Below are positions 36,118-44,234 of a DNA stretch of 64,000 nucleotides, one piece after another (the stretch's first letter is position 1; each line of letters begins with the position of its first letter). The translations under genes and the position numbers were made by a program. The stretch lies in assembly GCA_964524915.1 (NCBI GenBank), contig CAZGEB010000002.1, positions 5,094 to 69,093 on the forward strand, given 5' to 3'. The notes under the pieces are model-generated. The model ran no database searches, was not told the DNA's origin, and was given only the letters and a program-made list of their open reading frames with translations. This DNA is from an uncultured Candidatus Saccharibacteria bacterium (GTDB taxonomy: Bacteria; Patescibacteriota; Doudnabacteria; UBA920).

Positions 36118-38340
36118 TTAATTATCTCTTTGTCCGTTTCCACCATGTGGTTTCCAATCAAAACCTCTTTGACCGCGGTCGTGAGGAGGGCCTTGGCGTT
36201 CTGGTGCTGGCTTTGCAAAAGGTCTGTGAGTTAAATTGATACGGCCTTGACTATCTATTTCTTGTACTTTCACTTTCAAAGTGTCGCCAATATTTACTAC
36301 ATCCTCTACACGATTTACTCTGTAATTTGCAAGCTCAGAAATATGTACCATACCATCTTGACCTGGAATCAATTCCACAAAAGCACCAAAGTTCATTATG
36401 CGTACTACTTTACCTTCAAATTCTTCACCTACTTGAATTTGGCGAGTGAGATCTTTGATCCACTTCACAGCTTTTGCATTTCCATCTTCATTGACTGAGC
36501 AAACCATTACAAGACCTGAGTCTTCTATGTCTATCTTCACACCAGTTTCAGCAATGATTTGGTTAATCACTTTGCCTCCGGGACCTATCACATCGCGAAT
36601 CTTGTCTACTGGTATATAGAAGCTGACAATGCGTGGCGCATAAGGAGACATTTCAGGGCGAGGCGCTGGCAAGGCTTCTTTCATTTTTTGAATAATGTAA
36701 AGTCTACCAGGCTTTGCTTGCTCCAGAGCTTTTGCAAGTATTTCTACTGTAAGTCCTTTGACTTTGATATCTAGCTGCAAAGCCGACACGCCTTCTTCTG
36801 AGCCTGTGACCTTGAAATCCATGTGACCATTAAAGTCTTCTATACCAGCGATATCAGTCAAAACTTTGTAATTTGAAGGATTACTTTCATCCATTACCAG
36901 ACCCATCGCCACACCACCAATAACTTTTGAAATAGGCACACCAGCGTCCATTAGCGCCAAAGAAGACCCACAAGTACTTGCCATGGAAGTGGAACCATTA
37001 CTGGCTATAGCTTCACTCACCAATCTCATGGTATAAGGGAAATCTTTTTGAGCAGGCAAAACCCCAGACGCATCCAAAGCTTTTTCAGCCAAAGCCCCGT
37101 GTCCAATTTCACGACGGCCAGGACCCCTTAGAGGTGACACTTCACCAACTGAGTAACCAGGCATGTTGTAGTGATGAATATAGCGCTTGTTTGTGCCCTC
37201 AGCTGGATCCTCTATACCATCTAGCAGCTGCTCATCGCCTTTGCTACCCAAGGTCACAACTGTCAAAACCTGAGTTTCACCGCGAGTAAATAAAGCTGAC
37301 CCATGAGTACGAGGCAAGATCCCAACTTCGCAGGAAATTTTGCGAGTCTCGTCTAGTCTTCTACCGTCTACTCTACGATCATTTTCTAATATTTGCTTTT
37401 GCTGATACTTTTTTAATATATAATCTGCGCAAAAAGTCACCTCTTTGGCAATTTTTTCTTGCTTGATAATTTCAGGTTTATCCGCAAACTCAACTGAAAT
37501 GATTTCTTCAATTTCTTTTAAGACAGCATTTATTCTCTCTTCTCTTTCAGCTTTTTCTTTCACATACACAGCAGCTTCAATTTTTTCTTCTGTCAAAAGC
37601 TCTTTTGTCCTGGCCATTATACTTTCATTTGGCAAAACAAAAGCAGCGGCAGCTTTTTCTTTGCCAATTTCGGTTCGCCACTGATTCTGCATCTCCACTA
37701 ATTCACCCAAAAACTTTTGAGCAAATTTTACACCCTCTACAATATCCACTTCACTCACCAATTCAGCACCCATCTCCACCATCAAGATGTGCTCTCCGGT
37801 ACCAGAGACCACTAAATCCATAGAAGATTTTTCTCGCTGTTCATGAGTTGGATTGACTACATATTGACCATTAATTTTTCCAACCCTCACAGCTGCCACA
37901 GGACCATCAAAAGGAATGTCAGAAATAGTCAAAGCAGTGGAAGCTGCTACCACAGCCAGCATATCTGGATCATTCTGCATGTCTACTGACAACACTGTAA
38001 CTACTACCTGCACATCATTGCGCATGCCGTAAGGAAAAAGTGGACGAAGTGTGCGATCGATCACACGCCCCGACAAAATAGCGTCATCGGTTGCCCGACC
38101 TTCACGCTTGACCCATCTACTACCCTTGATTTTGCCAGCAGCGTAAAGACGCTCTTCGTAATCCACCAAAAGTGGAAAATAATCTAAATCCCGAGGCTTG
38201 TCTGTCATTACACAAGTCGCCAAAACTACTGTATCTCCCAAACGAGCCAAAACTGCACTATTGGCCTGTAAAGCCATGCGTCCAGTTTCAAAACTCATTT
38301 TTTCTGTACCAATAATTCTTTCTATCGTTTGCACTGCCAT
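36118..38340 (-). CDS. pnp: polyribonucleotide nucleotidyltransferase (PNPase)
   Basis: Two RNase PH domains plus KH and S1 domains, with a Gly/Arg-rich tail. Start set at MAVQTIERIIG (38340). The 76 codons upstream in the ORF track lie over MITE-like repeats and are unlikely to be coding. Confidence 0.93.
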   Translation of the reverse strand: MAVQTIERIIGTEKMSFETGRMALQANSAVLARLGDTVVLATCVMTDKPRDLDYFPLLVDYEERLYAAGKIKGSRWVKREGRATDDAILSGRVIDRTLRPLFPYGMRNDVQVVVTVLSVDMQNDPDMLAVVAASTALTISDIPFDGPVAAVRVGKINGQYVVNPTHEQREKSSMDLVVSGTGEHILMVEMGAELVSEVDIVEGVKFAQKFLGELVEMQNQWRTEIGKEKAAAAFVLPNESIMARTKELLTEEKIEAAVYVKEKAEREERINAVLKEIEEIISVEFADKPEIIKQEKIAKEVTFCADYILKKYQQKQILENDRRVDGRRLDETRKISCEVGILPRTHGSALFTRGETQVLTVVTLGSKGDEQLLDGIEDPAEGTNKRYIHHYNMPGYSVGEVSPLRGPGRREIGHGALAEKALDASGVLPAQKDFPYTMRLVSEAIASNGSTSMASTCGSSLALMDAGVPISKVIGGVAMGLVMDESNPSNYKVLTDIAGIEDFNGHMDFKVTGSEEGVSALQLDIKVKGLTVEILAKALEQAKPGRLYIIQKMKEALPAPRPEMSPYAPRIVSFYIPVDKIRDVIGPGGKVINQIIAETGVKIDIEDSGLVMVCSVNEDGNAKAVKWIKDLTRQIQVGEEFEGKVVRIMNFGAFVELIPGQDGMVHISELANYRVNRVEDVVNIGDTLKVKVQEIDSQGRINLTHRPFAKPAPERQGPPHDRGQRGFDWKPHGGNGQRDN

Positions 38341-38360
38341 ATTTTTACCTTTCTTATGGT

Positions 38361-38462
38361 TTGTCATCCCAGAATTTTCTGCTTTGAGAAAATATCTGGG
38401 ACCCAGATTGGATTCCGGATCGCACTCGCCTCCGCCAGCCGGCGGACTCGTTTGTCCGGAAT
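38361..38462. mobile_element. MITE-like element (TTGTCATCCCAG...CCGGAATGACAT) in the pnp leader, containing the CTCCGCCAGCCGGCGGACTC hairpin
   Basis: Terminal inverted repeats related to the 31213 and 40540 elements. Core 38424-38443 is identical to topA 7679-7698. Confidence 0.5.
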
Positions 38463-38502
38463 GACATACCCACATGCAGTGACTTGCAAGCTCACAAAGA
38501 CA

Positions 38503-38527
38503 TTGTCTTGTCATCCCCGAGTAGTCG
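38503..38527. repeat. collapsed MITE-like hairpin TTGTCATCCCCGAG-TAG-TCGGGGAT
   Basis: Same terminal motif with arms directly abutting. Confidence 0.45.
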
Positions 38528-38587
38528 GGGATCTTTTCTTGCTTAATGAAATATGAAAATTTCCACACTCATACTTCTTAAGTAGAG

Positions 38588-38612
38588 ATTCCCGTCTTCA
38601 CGGGAATGACAT
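38588..38612. repeat. collapsed MITE-like hairpin ATTCCCG-TCTTCA-CGGGAATGACAT
   Basis: Right terminal inverted repeat CGGGAATGACAT paired with a short left arm. Confidence 0.45.
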
Positions 38613-38672
38613 GCAATAAATCTTCGTACAGTCTGCAAACCACTACAGTTAATTAATTTTTAAATAAGCTTT

Positions 38673-38957
38673 TTATCTTATAACGCCTTCATCAAACCTT
38701 TTAATAATACTTTCAAGCTTCGCAATCACATTCCTCATAACATCCTTACTTGTTGGATTAGCACCTCTTCCCAAATTTTGATTCAATTCTACAACATACT
38801 TCTTATGCAAATTAAAGGCTCTAGCGGCTCTTGAATCATTTGGCAATACCCCTTGATAAAATTCTTTTATACGAGACTCCAAAGTATCAACCAAACCATT
38901 TAAATCATTGAGAAGTTGGTCATATGTCGCCCCCCCTTCTTGTTTTTCTCCTGGCAT
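38673..38957 (-). CDS. hypothetical protein (contains a G7/C7 homopolymer near the N-terminus)
   Basis: 94-aa ORF between rpsO and pnp. C7 run at 38930-38936 encodes EGGA. Confidence 0.4.
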   Translation of the reverse strand: MPGEKQEGGATYDQLLNDLNGLVDTLESRIKEFYQGVLPNDSRAARAFNLHKKYVVELNQNLGRGANPTSKDVMRNVIAKLESIIKRFDEGVIR

Positions 38958-39022
38958 AAAATTAAGTTGGGTTACTTATTTTAATCAAATAGGGGTGTAG
39001 ACTTCCACACCCCACAAAAAAA

Positions 39023-39358
39023 TTATTCAGAAACCACTACTTCACCACTTGCCACTTGAGCCGCATCTTGCTGGGCTTGACTTGCTTTGAGCAAATTTTG
39101 AAGTCCAAGTTTCTTTGCAATCTTCATTGCTCTTTCCAAACTTTCATCTTCCAAAAATCTAAAAAGTCTCCTGCGGTTACCCACCATCTTCAAAAGACCT
39201 CTTCTGGAGTGGTTGTCTTTTTTGTGCACTTTCAAATGTTCACTTACGAGACGAATTTCTTCGGTCAAGATAGCGATCTGTACCTCAGGACTACCAGTGT
39301 CTTCTCTGTGAATTCTAAATTTGCGAATAATCGCATCTTTGTCTTTTTTATCAAGCAT
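39023..39358 (-). CDS. rpsO: 30S ribosomal protein S15 with a C-terminal extension
   Basis: [28 protein letters not shown] is the S15 signature; about 20 extra C-terminal residues. Confidence 0.9.
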   Translation of the reverse strand: MLDKKDKDAIIRKFRIHREDTGSPEVQIAILTEEIRLVSEHLKVHKKDNHSRRGLLKMVGNRRRLFRFLEDESLERAMKIAKKLGLQNLLKASQAQQDAAQVASGEVVVSE

Positions 39359-39538
39359 AAATATTCCTTTCGCATCAACAATTATTAAATAAATGTGATG
39401 CGTTCTCTACGGCTTTCACCCTAGAGAACTGTACGAACTGAGCTGCTTAAAGTCCCAGCCGTAGATTAATTAATTCTATATATACTATACTATATATAGG
39501 GTGGTTTATGCAAATGCATATTTTGCCCAAAATACCCC

Positions 39539-40522
39539 ATGAATTCCAAGAATCAAATAGAGCAATATATCCAAGATTTCCTAGAATATTGCGAAATTGA
39601 GAAAAATCGCAGCCCCAAAACTTTGGTGGCTTATGCTCATTATTTAAAAAGATTTGCTGATTTCACCAAAAGCAAAAACATCTCATCTCCGGACAAAATA
39701 GACCTAGAAGCCGTCAGGCAATTTCGCCTACATTTAAACAGGCTCAGTGACGACAAAGGCAAAAACCTCAAACTGATCAGTCAATCTTATCACATCATAG
39801 CTCTTCGGGCTTTCTTGAAATATTTATCCAAACGAGATGTGACCACCCTTGCCGCAGAAAAAATCGAACTGCCAAAAAATCCCTCACGCGAAGTCACCGC
39901 TCTTTCAGACGATGAGCTCCACAGAATTTTAGCCGCAGTAAACGACAACGAAGACCAAATGCAGCAACTCCGAGACCGCGCCATCCTACTCACCCTCTTC
40001 TCTTCTGGGGTGCGTATTTCTGAATTGGTTTCCCTCACCCAAAAAATGGTAAGCCTAGACAGGGGCGAATTTACTGTCCGTGGAAAAGGCGATAAACTCC
40101 GACTAGTTTTTTTGTCTACAGAAGCTACCGCTGCTATAAAAAATTATTTAAGCAAAAGAAAAGACAACCACCCTGCCCTTTTTATAGCTCACGGTAAATC
40201 TAAAAATGAATTAGAAAGAGAAATCTCCGCCCAATCCTCTGATCTATCAGGTATAAGGTATAAGGTATCAGCTACCGGCCTCACCGCAAGGTCAATCCAG
40301 AGACTCATCCACAAATACGCCATGCTTGCTGGAGTTTACAAAAAAGTCACCCCCCACACCCTCCGACACTCTTTTGCAACCGATCTTTTACGTAATGGCG
40401 CAGATATTCGCTCTGTACAAACCATGCTTGGCCACGCCTCAATCACCACTACGCAAATCTACACTCATGTAACCAATGAATCTTTGCGTGAAGTACACAA
40501 AAAATTTCACGGAAAAAATTAG
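39539..40522 (+). CDS. tyrosine recombinase XerC/XerD family
   Basis: R..HTLRHSFATDLL..GHASITTTQIYTHV (catalytic RHRY). Contains an in-frame (GGTATAA)n repeat at 40251-40270. Confidence 0.85.
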   Translation: MNSKNQIEQYIQDFLEYCEIEKNRSPKTLVAYAHYLKRFADFTKSKNISSPDKIDLEAVRQFRLHLNRLSDDKGKNLKLISQSYHIIALRAFLKYLSKRDVTTLAAEKIELPKNPSREVTALSDDELHRILAAVNDNEDQMQQLRDRAILLTLFSSGVRISELVSLTQKMVSLDRGEFTVRGKGDKLRLVFLSTEATAAIKNYLSKRKDNHPALFIAHGKSKNELEREISAQSSDLSGIRYKVSATGLTARSIQRLIHKYAMLAGVYKKVTPHTLRHSFATDLLRNGADIRSVQTMLGHASITTTQIYTHVTNESLREVHKKFHGKN

Positions 40523-40539
40523 CAACAACGCTTGCCTAG

Positions 40540-40644
40540 TTTGTCATTGCGAGGAGCGAAACTTTGTGAGCAACGAAGCAATCCAGACTGAGGACACCCT
40601 AGATTGCTTCGTCTCCGCCTAGGCGGACTTCTCGCAATGACAAG
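40540..40644. mobile_element. MITE-like element with perfect 14-bp terminal inverted repeats (CTTGTCATTGCGAG ... CTCGCAATGACAAG)
   Basis: Internal inverted repeat CGAAGCAATC/GATTGCTTCG and a CTCCGCCTAGGCGGACTTCTCGC hairpin related to the topA/pnp-leader hairpin. Lies 18 bp after the xerC stop. Confidence 0.55.
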
Positions 40645-40673
40645 AATAAATGTTTAGTATGAAATTCTATCAA

Positions 40674-41270
40674 TCATTTCAATCTTTTAAATTTTGTTCT
40701 TACCACATGCCAAATTCCAGGACTTATAGACAGTAGTATTATCAACACAACTCCAGGAATAATATATTTCTCAATATTTGGCACTGTACTTCCAAGCCAA
40801 AACCCAAGCAGCGTCAAACCAACTGACCAAAGCAAGGCCCCCACAACAGAATACAAAATAAATTTAGCAAACGGCATTCTTGCCACCCCAGACACCACTG
40901 GACTAAAAGTCCGAACCACTGGCACAAATCTCGCAATCACCACAGCCTTACCACCATGTTTTTCAAAAAAATCATGACTGCGTTTTAAGTGCTCTGGATT
41001 GAAAAGCCTAGACTTTGGCCGAGAAAAAAGTTTTGGTCCAGCATGCTTGCCGATCTGATAGCCTACATTGTCCCCCAAAAGTGTAGCCAAAAACAAAACC
41101 AAGCATAACCAAAAAATATTCAAGAAACCCTGTCCAGACAAAATCCCAGCAGTAAAAAGTAGGCTGTCCCCGGGCAAGAAAAACCCCACCAGAAGACCTG
41201 TTTCCGCAAAAACTATTCCAAAAAGCCCCGCATATCCGGCTGTCCTAATAATCGTCTCTAAATTAAACAT
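40674..41270 (-). CDS. DedA-family membrane protein
   Basis: VFAETGLLVGFFLPGDSLLFTAGIL is the DedA signature. Start trimmed to the internal ATG at 41270; the upstream 17 codons lie in a hairpin-rich leader. Confidence 0.75.
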   Translation of the reverse strand: MFNLETIIRTAGYAGLFGIVFAETGLLVGFFLPGDSLLFTAGILSGQGFLNIFWLCLVLFLATLLGDNVGYQIGKHAGPKLFSRPKSRLFNPEHLKRSHDFFEKHGGKAVVIARFVPVVRTFSPVVSGVARMPFAKFILYSVVGALLWSVGLTLLGFWLGSTVPNIEKYIIPGVVLIILLSISPGIWHVVRTKFKRLK

Positions 41271-41429
41271 AAATAAAATAGCACTGAGTAATGAGAAGTG
41301 AGCAGTGAGATTGCAGCCCAAGACTCATTCCTCAAGTCTCACTTCTCACGGCTTTTTATAAATTTGCCACACACCCCACTTTTCTAGTATACTATAAAAA
41401 GAATTTTTAAATAAATTCATAAATACTCT

Positions 41430-41506
41430 GGTCCCGTAGCTCAGTTGGATAGAGCGCAAGCTTGCGGAGCTTGAGGTCGCAGGTTCGACCCCTGCCGGGA
41501 TCACCA
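41430..41506 (+). tRNA. tRNA-Arg (anticodon GCG), CCA encoded
   Basis: GGTCCCGTAGCTCAGTTGGATAGAGCGCAAGC-TTGCGGA-GCTTGAGGTCGCAGGTTCGACCCCTGCCGGGATCACCA with full cloverleaf. G34 instead of the usual A34/I34. Confidence 0.8.
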
Positions 41507-41568
41507 TTCTTAACGTGGTAATGGTGGTGTTTCAACCCCCACCATGCAACATCACAAATGTATACTCC

Positions 41569-41645
41569 GACTCCGTAGCTCAGTTGGATAGAGCGAGAGA
41601 CTTCTAATCTCTAGGTCGCTGGTTCGATCCCAGCCGGAGTCACCA
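41569..41645 (+). tRNA. tRNA-Arg (anticodon TCT), CCA encoded
   Basis: GACTCCGTAGCTCAGTTGGATAGAGCGAGAGA-CTTCTAA-TCTCTAGGTCGCTGGTTCGATCCCAGCCGGAGTCACCA. Confidence 0.85.
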
Positions 41646-41955
41646 CTGTATTATTTTTATTAGTATATGGAAAAGATAGAATTTCTAACAGTACTTGGAG
41701 GAACAGCAGCAGAAATAGAAGAAGCGGAATTGTGCATAAGAACCTGCTCGCATTATCTAAGGGCATTAGAATTAGCAAGATTAAGCCATGGCACCCCACA
41801 GCCTTGTCGTTACTCAGAGAATAGAACCGTTCTTAAAGGGGACCAGCAAATTAAAAGCCTAATACTCCCTTGTGCCCTAGAAGTCAAATACGATCCTTTT
41901 AGTTCTCCGGAGATAAGTGTTAGTTCTAGGTGTTTTAAAAAATAACCTCGCCAGC

Positions 41956-42651
41956 ATGCCCGAAATCCGTTTACAAAAAATATTAAACCAAGCAGGAGTA
42001 GCTTCGAGGCGTAGAGCCGAGGAGCTTATTTTGTCTGGCAAAGTAAGGGTAAATGGAAACGTGGCAAAACTTGGTGACAAAGCCGACCCAGAAGTGGACA
42101 AAATCACTGTCGGCAGGCATCCCATAGAAAAGCCCAGTAATGAAAAATTGATCTACTTAGCCCTCAACAAACCAAAAGGCTACATGTCCAGTAAACACGA
42201 CCCGCAAGGCCGTCCAACTATTTTTAAATTACTACCACCAGAACTCAGGACAAAAGTTTGGAACGTGGGAAGATTGGATTATCAAACTGAAGGACTGCTA
42301 CTCATGACAAATGATGGTGAGCTCACACAAAAACTCGCCCATCCATCATTTGAACACGAAAAAGAATACGAAGTAGTGCTCAACCAGTCCCCCACCAAAG
42401 AGCAACTCAAAGACCTCCGAGGTGGAGTAAAAATAGCTACAGGTATCACACGCCCGGCAAATATCAAAGCCACTGCTGGCACCACACTATACATGATTAT
42501 TCATGAAGGCAAAAAAAGACAAATCCGTCGCATGCTAGAAGCAGTGGACCTAAAGGTAAAAAATCTCAAGCGCATTCGCATGGGCAAACTCAAACTTCCC
42601 AATATCCCAGTTGGCACATACAAAGAAATCAAAAAAGAAGACATTATTTGA
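41956..42651 (+). CDS. rluB: pseudouridine synthase, RsuA/RluB family
   Basis: S4 domain RLQKILNQAGVASRRRAEELILSGKVRVNG and catalytic NVGRLDYQTEGLLL. Confidence 0.85.
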   Translation: MPEIRLQKILNQAGVASRRRAEELILSGKVRVNGNVAKLGDKADPEVDKITVGRHPIEKPSNEKLIYLALNKPKGYMSSKHDPQGRPTIFKLLPPELRTKVWNVGRLDYQTEGLLLMTNDGELTQKLAHPSFEHEKEYEVVLNQSPTKEQLKDLRGGVKIATGITRPANIKATAGTTLYMIIHEGKKRQIRRMLEAVDLKVKNLKRIRMGKLKLPNIPVGTYKEIKKEDII

Positions 42652-42724
42652 AAACAATCCGAAAATTTTAGGGTTGTTTTTTTAATCTTCACAAAAACGC
42701 CTAGTCTTTTGCTATAATAAACAA

Positions 42725-43147
42725 ATGAGCACAGACAAACTAGAAATCCGGCCCAAACAATCTAAATACAAACTTCGGGCAAAAAAATCTTCAGCTGGAC
42801 TTGGACTTTTTACAGATAGTGAAATACCAAAAGGAGCACAAATTATTCAGTACGGTGGCTACAAGCTTACAAATGAACAAGCAGAAAAAAAGGGCGGCAA
42901 ATATTTATTTGAAGGAGTAGACGATAAATTTACCATAGACGGTACACCCAGATGGAACATAGCTAGATATATCAACCACTCTTGCAAACCCAACGCCGAA
43001 GCTATTTGGTACGGCAATCAAGTTTTTATTTGCTCCAAAAGAAAAATCAAGCCAGGAGAAGAGATTACCTACCACTACGGCAAAGACTATTACAATATTC
43101 TTTTGGGTGGCAAAAAAGGCTGTAAATGTCTAGAGTGTAAAAAATAA
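42725..43147 (+). CDS. SET-domain protein (protein-lysine methyltransferase-like)
   Basis: NHSCKPN and the post-SET GCKCLECKK; 140 aa. Confidence 0.8.
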   Translation: MSTDKLEIRPKQSKYKLRAKKSSAGLGLFTDSEIPKGAQIIQYGGYKLTNEQAEKKGGKYLFEGVDDKFTIDGTPRWNIARYINHSCKPNAEAIWYGNQVFICSKRKIKPGEEITYHYGKDYYNILLGGKKGCKCLECKK

Positions 43148-43148
43148 A

Positions 43149-43715
43149 ATGACATTTCATCAAAAATATATTGGGAAAATAATTGTAGTTATTTTATTAT
43201 TATTGTCTCTAACTTTAGCGATATGGGTACTACTCTACCCAGAATCCTATTTCCTGAGGTCTTGGATTGGATGCAAAAGCAGACCGTATTCAGAAATAGG
43301 CCGTGACAATACTGGAAACTGGTGTCAAAACAGCTCGGGTTCAATTAAAATTTATCAGCCGCAAAATACAACAGCAGAGTCAATAGAGCCACTCAAGTTT
43401 ATAAATATTAGCCAAGACCAAAAAATCTCATCCCCACTCACGATCAAAGGACAAGCTCCGGGCAATTGGTTTTTTGAAGGCAGCTTTCCTATAAAAATTA
43501 CCGATTCAACTGGAAACACTTTGGGCAGTGGTACTGCGAAAAGTATTGGTGACTGGATGACAAGTAGCTTGGTTGATTTTACTGCTATAATTACATTTGA
43601 GGAAACTCATGACACACAAGGATTTATAATTTTCTCAAAAGATAATCCATCTGGCTTACCAGAAAACGACCAATCAATTAAATTACCAATTAAATTTGAA
43701 ACAAATAAAAGATAA
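43149..43715 (+). CDS. membrane-anchored Gmad2-like immunoglobulin-domain protein
   Basis: N-terminal TM anchor; GQAPGNWFFEGSFPIKITDSTGN resembles the Gmad2 Ig-like domain. Confidence 0.45.
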   Translation: MTFHQKYIGKIIVVILLLLSLTLAIWVLLYPESYFLRSWIGCKSRPYSEIGRDNTGNWCQNSSGSIKIYQPQNTTAESIEPLKFINISQDQKISSPLTIKGQAPGNWFFEGSFPIKITDSTGNTLGSGTAKSIGDWMTSSLVDFTAIITFEETHDTQGFIIFSKDNPSGLPENDQSIKLPIKFETNKR

Positions 43716-44234
43716 ATGTTAAAATATAATATGCACCAAAAACAATCAGGATTCACACTTATAGAACTTTTAGTAGTTTTGGCCATCATTGGCCTTATGG
43801 CAGCTATCGCCACAGTCAGCTATGGCGTAGCCAGAGACAAATCCAGAAACGGTAAAGCCCAAGGAGATATTAAGCAACTCTATACGGCGTCTGAACAAAT
43901 GGGCATAGACACTAGCAAGCGTCCCGGCGGCTGTGCCTTCAGCCAAACAGCAGCAGGAGTCATGATCTTACTTAATTCAGCCAACTCAGGCCTAGAAACT
44001 CAGCCTACAGCAGGCACCACAGTATCTCCATGCGCCTGGACAGCTACAGATATAGCTGGATGGAAAGGTCCATACCTACCCTCCTCCACCATGCTGGATC
44101 CATGGGGAACTGCCTATTACTTTGACATGGGTTACCAAACTGGCACTAGCACTATCGCAGCTTTGGTCTCTTGGGGCAAAAACAAACTCGTTGGCACCTA
44201 TGACAGTGACAACATATACTTACAGCTTAAATAA
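43716..44234 (+). CDS. type IV pilin / pseudopilin (prepilin N-terminal methylation motif)
   Basis: QSGFTLIELLVVLAIIGLMAAIA is a class III signal peptide with G|FTLIE. Confidence 0.7.
   Translation: MLKYNMHQKQSGFTLIELLVVLAIIGLMAAIATVSYGVARDKSRNGKAQGDIKQLYTASEQMGIDTSKRPGGCAFSQTAAGVMILLNSANSGLETQPTAGTTVSPCAWTATDIAGWKGPYLPSSTMLDPWGTAYYFDMGYQTGTSTIAALVSWGKNKLVGTYDSDNIYLQLK

Noticed and set aside
38341-38568. 76-codon N-terminal extension of PNPase in the ORF track (MWKFSYFIKQEK...)
   Set aside because: The conserved PNPase N-terminus begins at MAVQTIERIIG (38340). The extension is composed of MITE-like hairpins and is not conserved sequence.
39539-41650. Integrated prophage or genomic island, considered because of tyrosine recombinase + MITE + two tRNA-Arg genes
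   Set aside because: There are no phage structural, replication or cargo genes on either side. The recombinase has the conserved XerC/D C-terminus, and chromosome-dimer resolution is the likelier role.
41667-41945. 92-aa ORF between tRNA-Arg(TCT) and rluB
   Set aside because: It overlaps the likely rluB upstream region, has no motif, and has odd composition. It was left unannotated.
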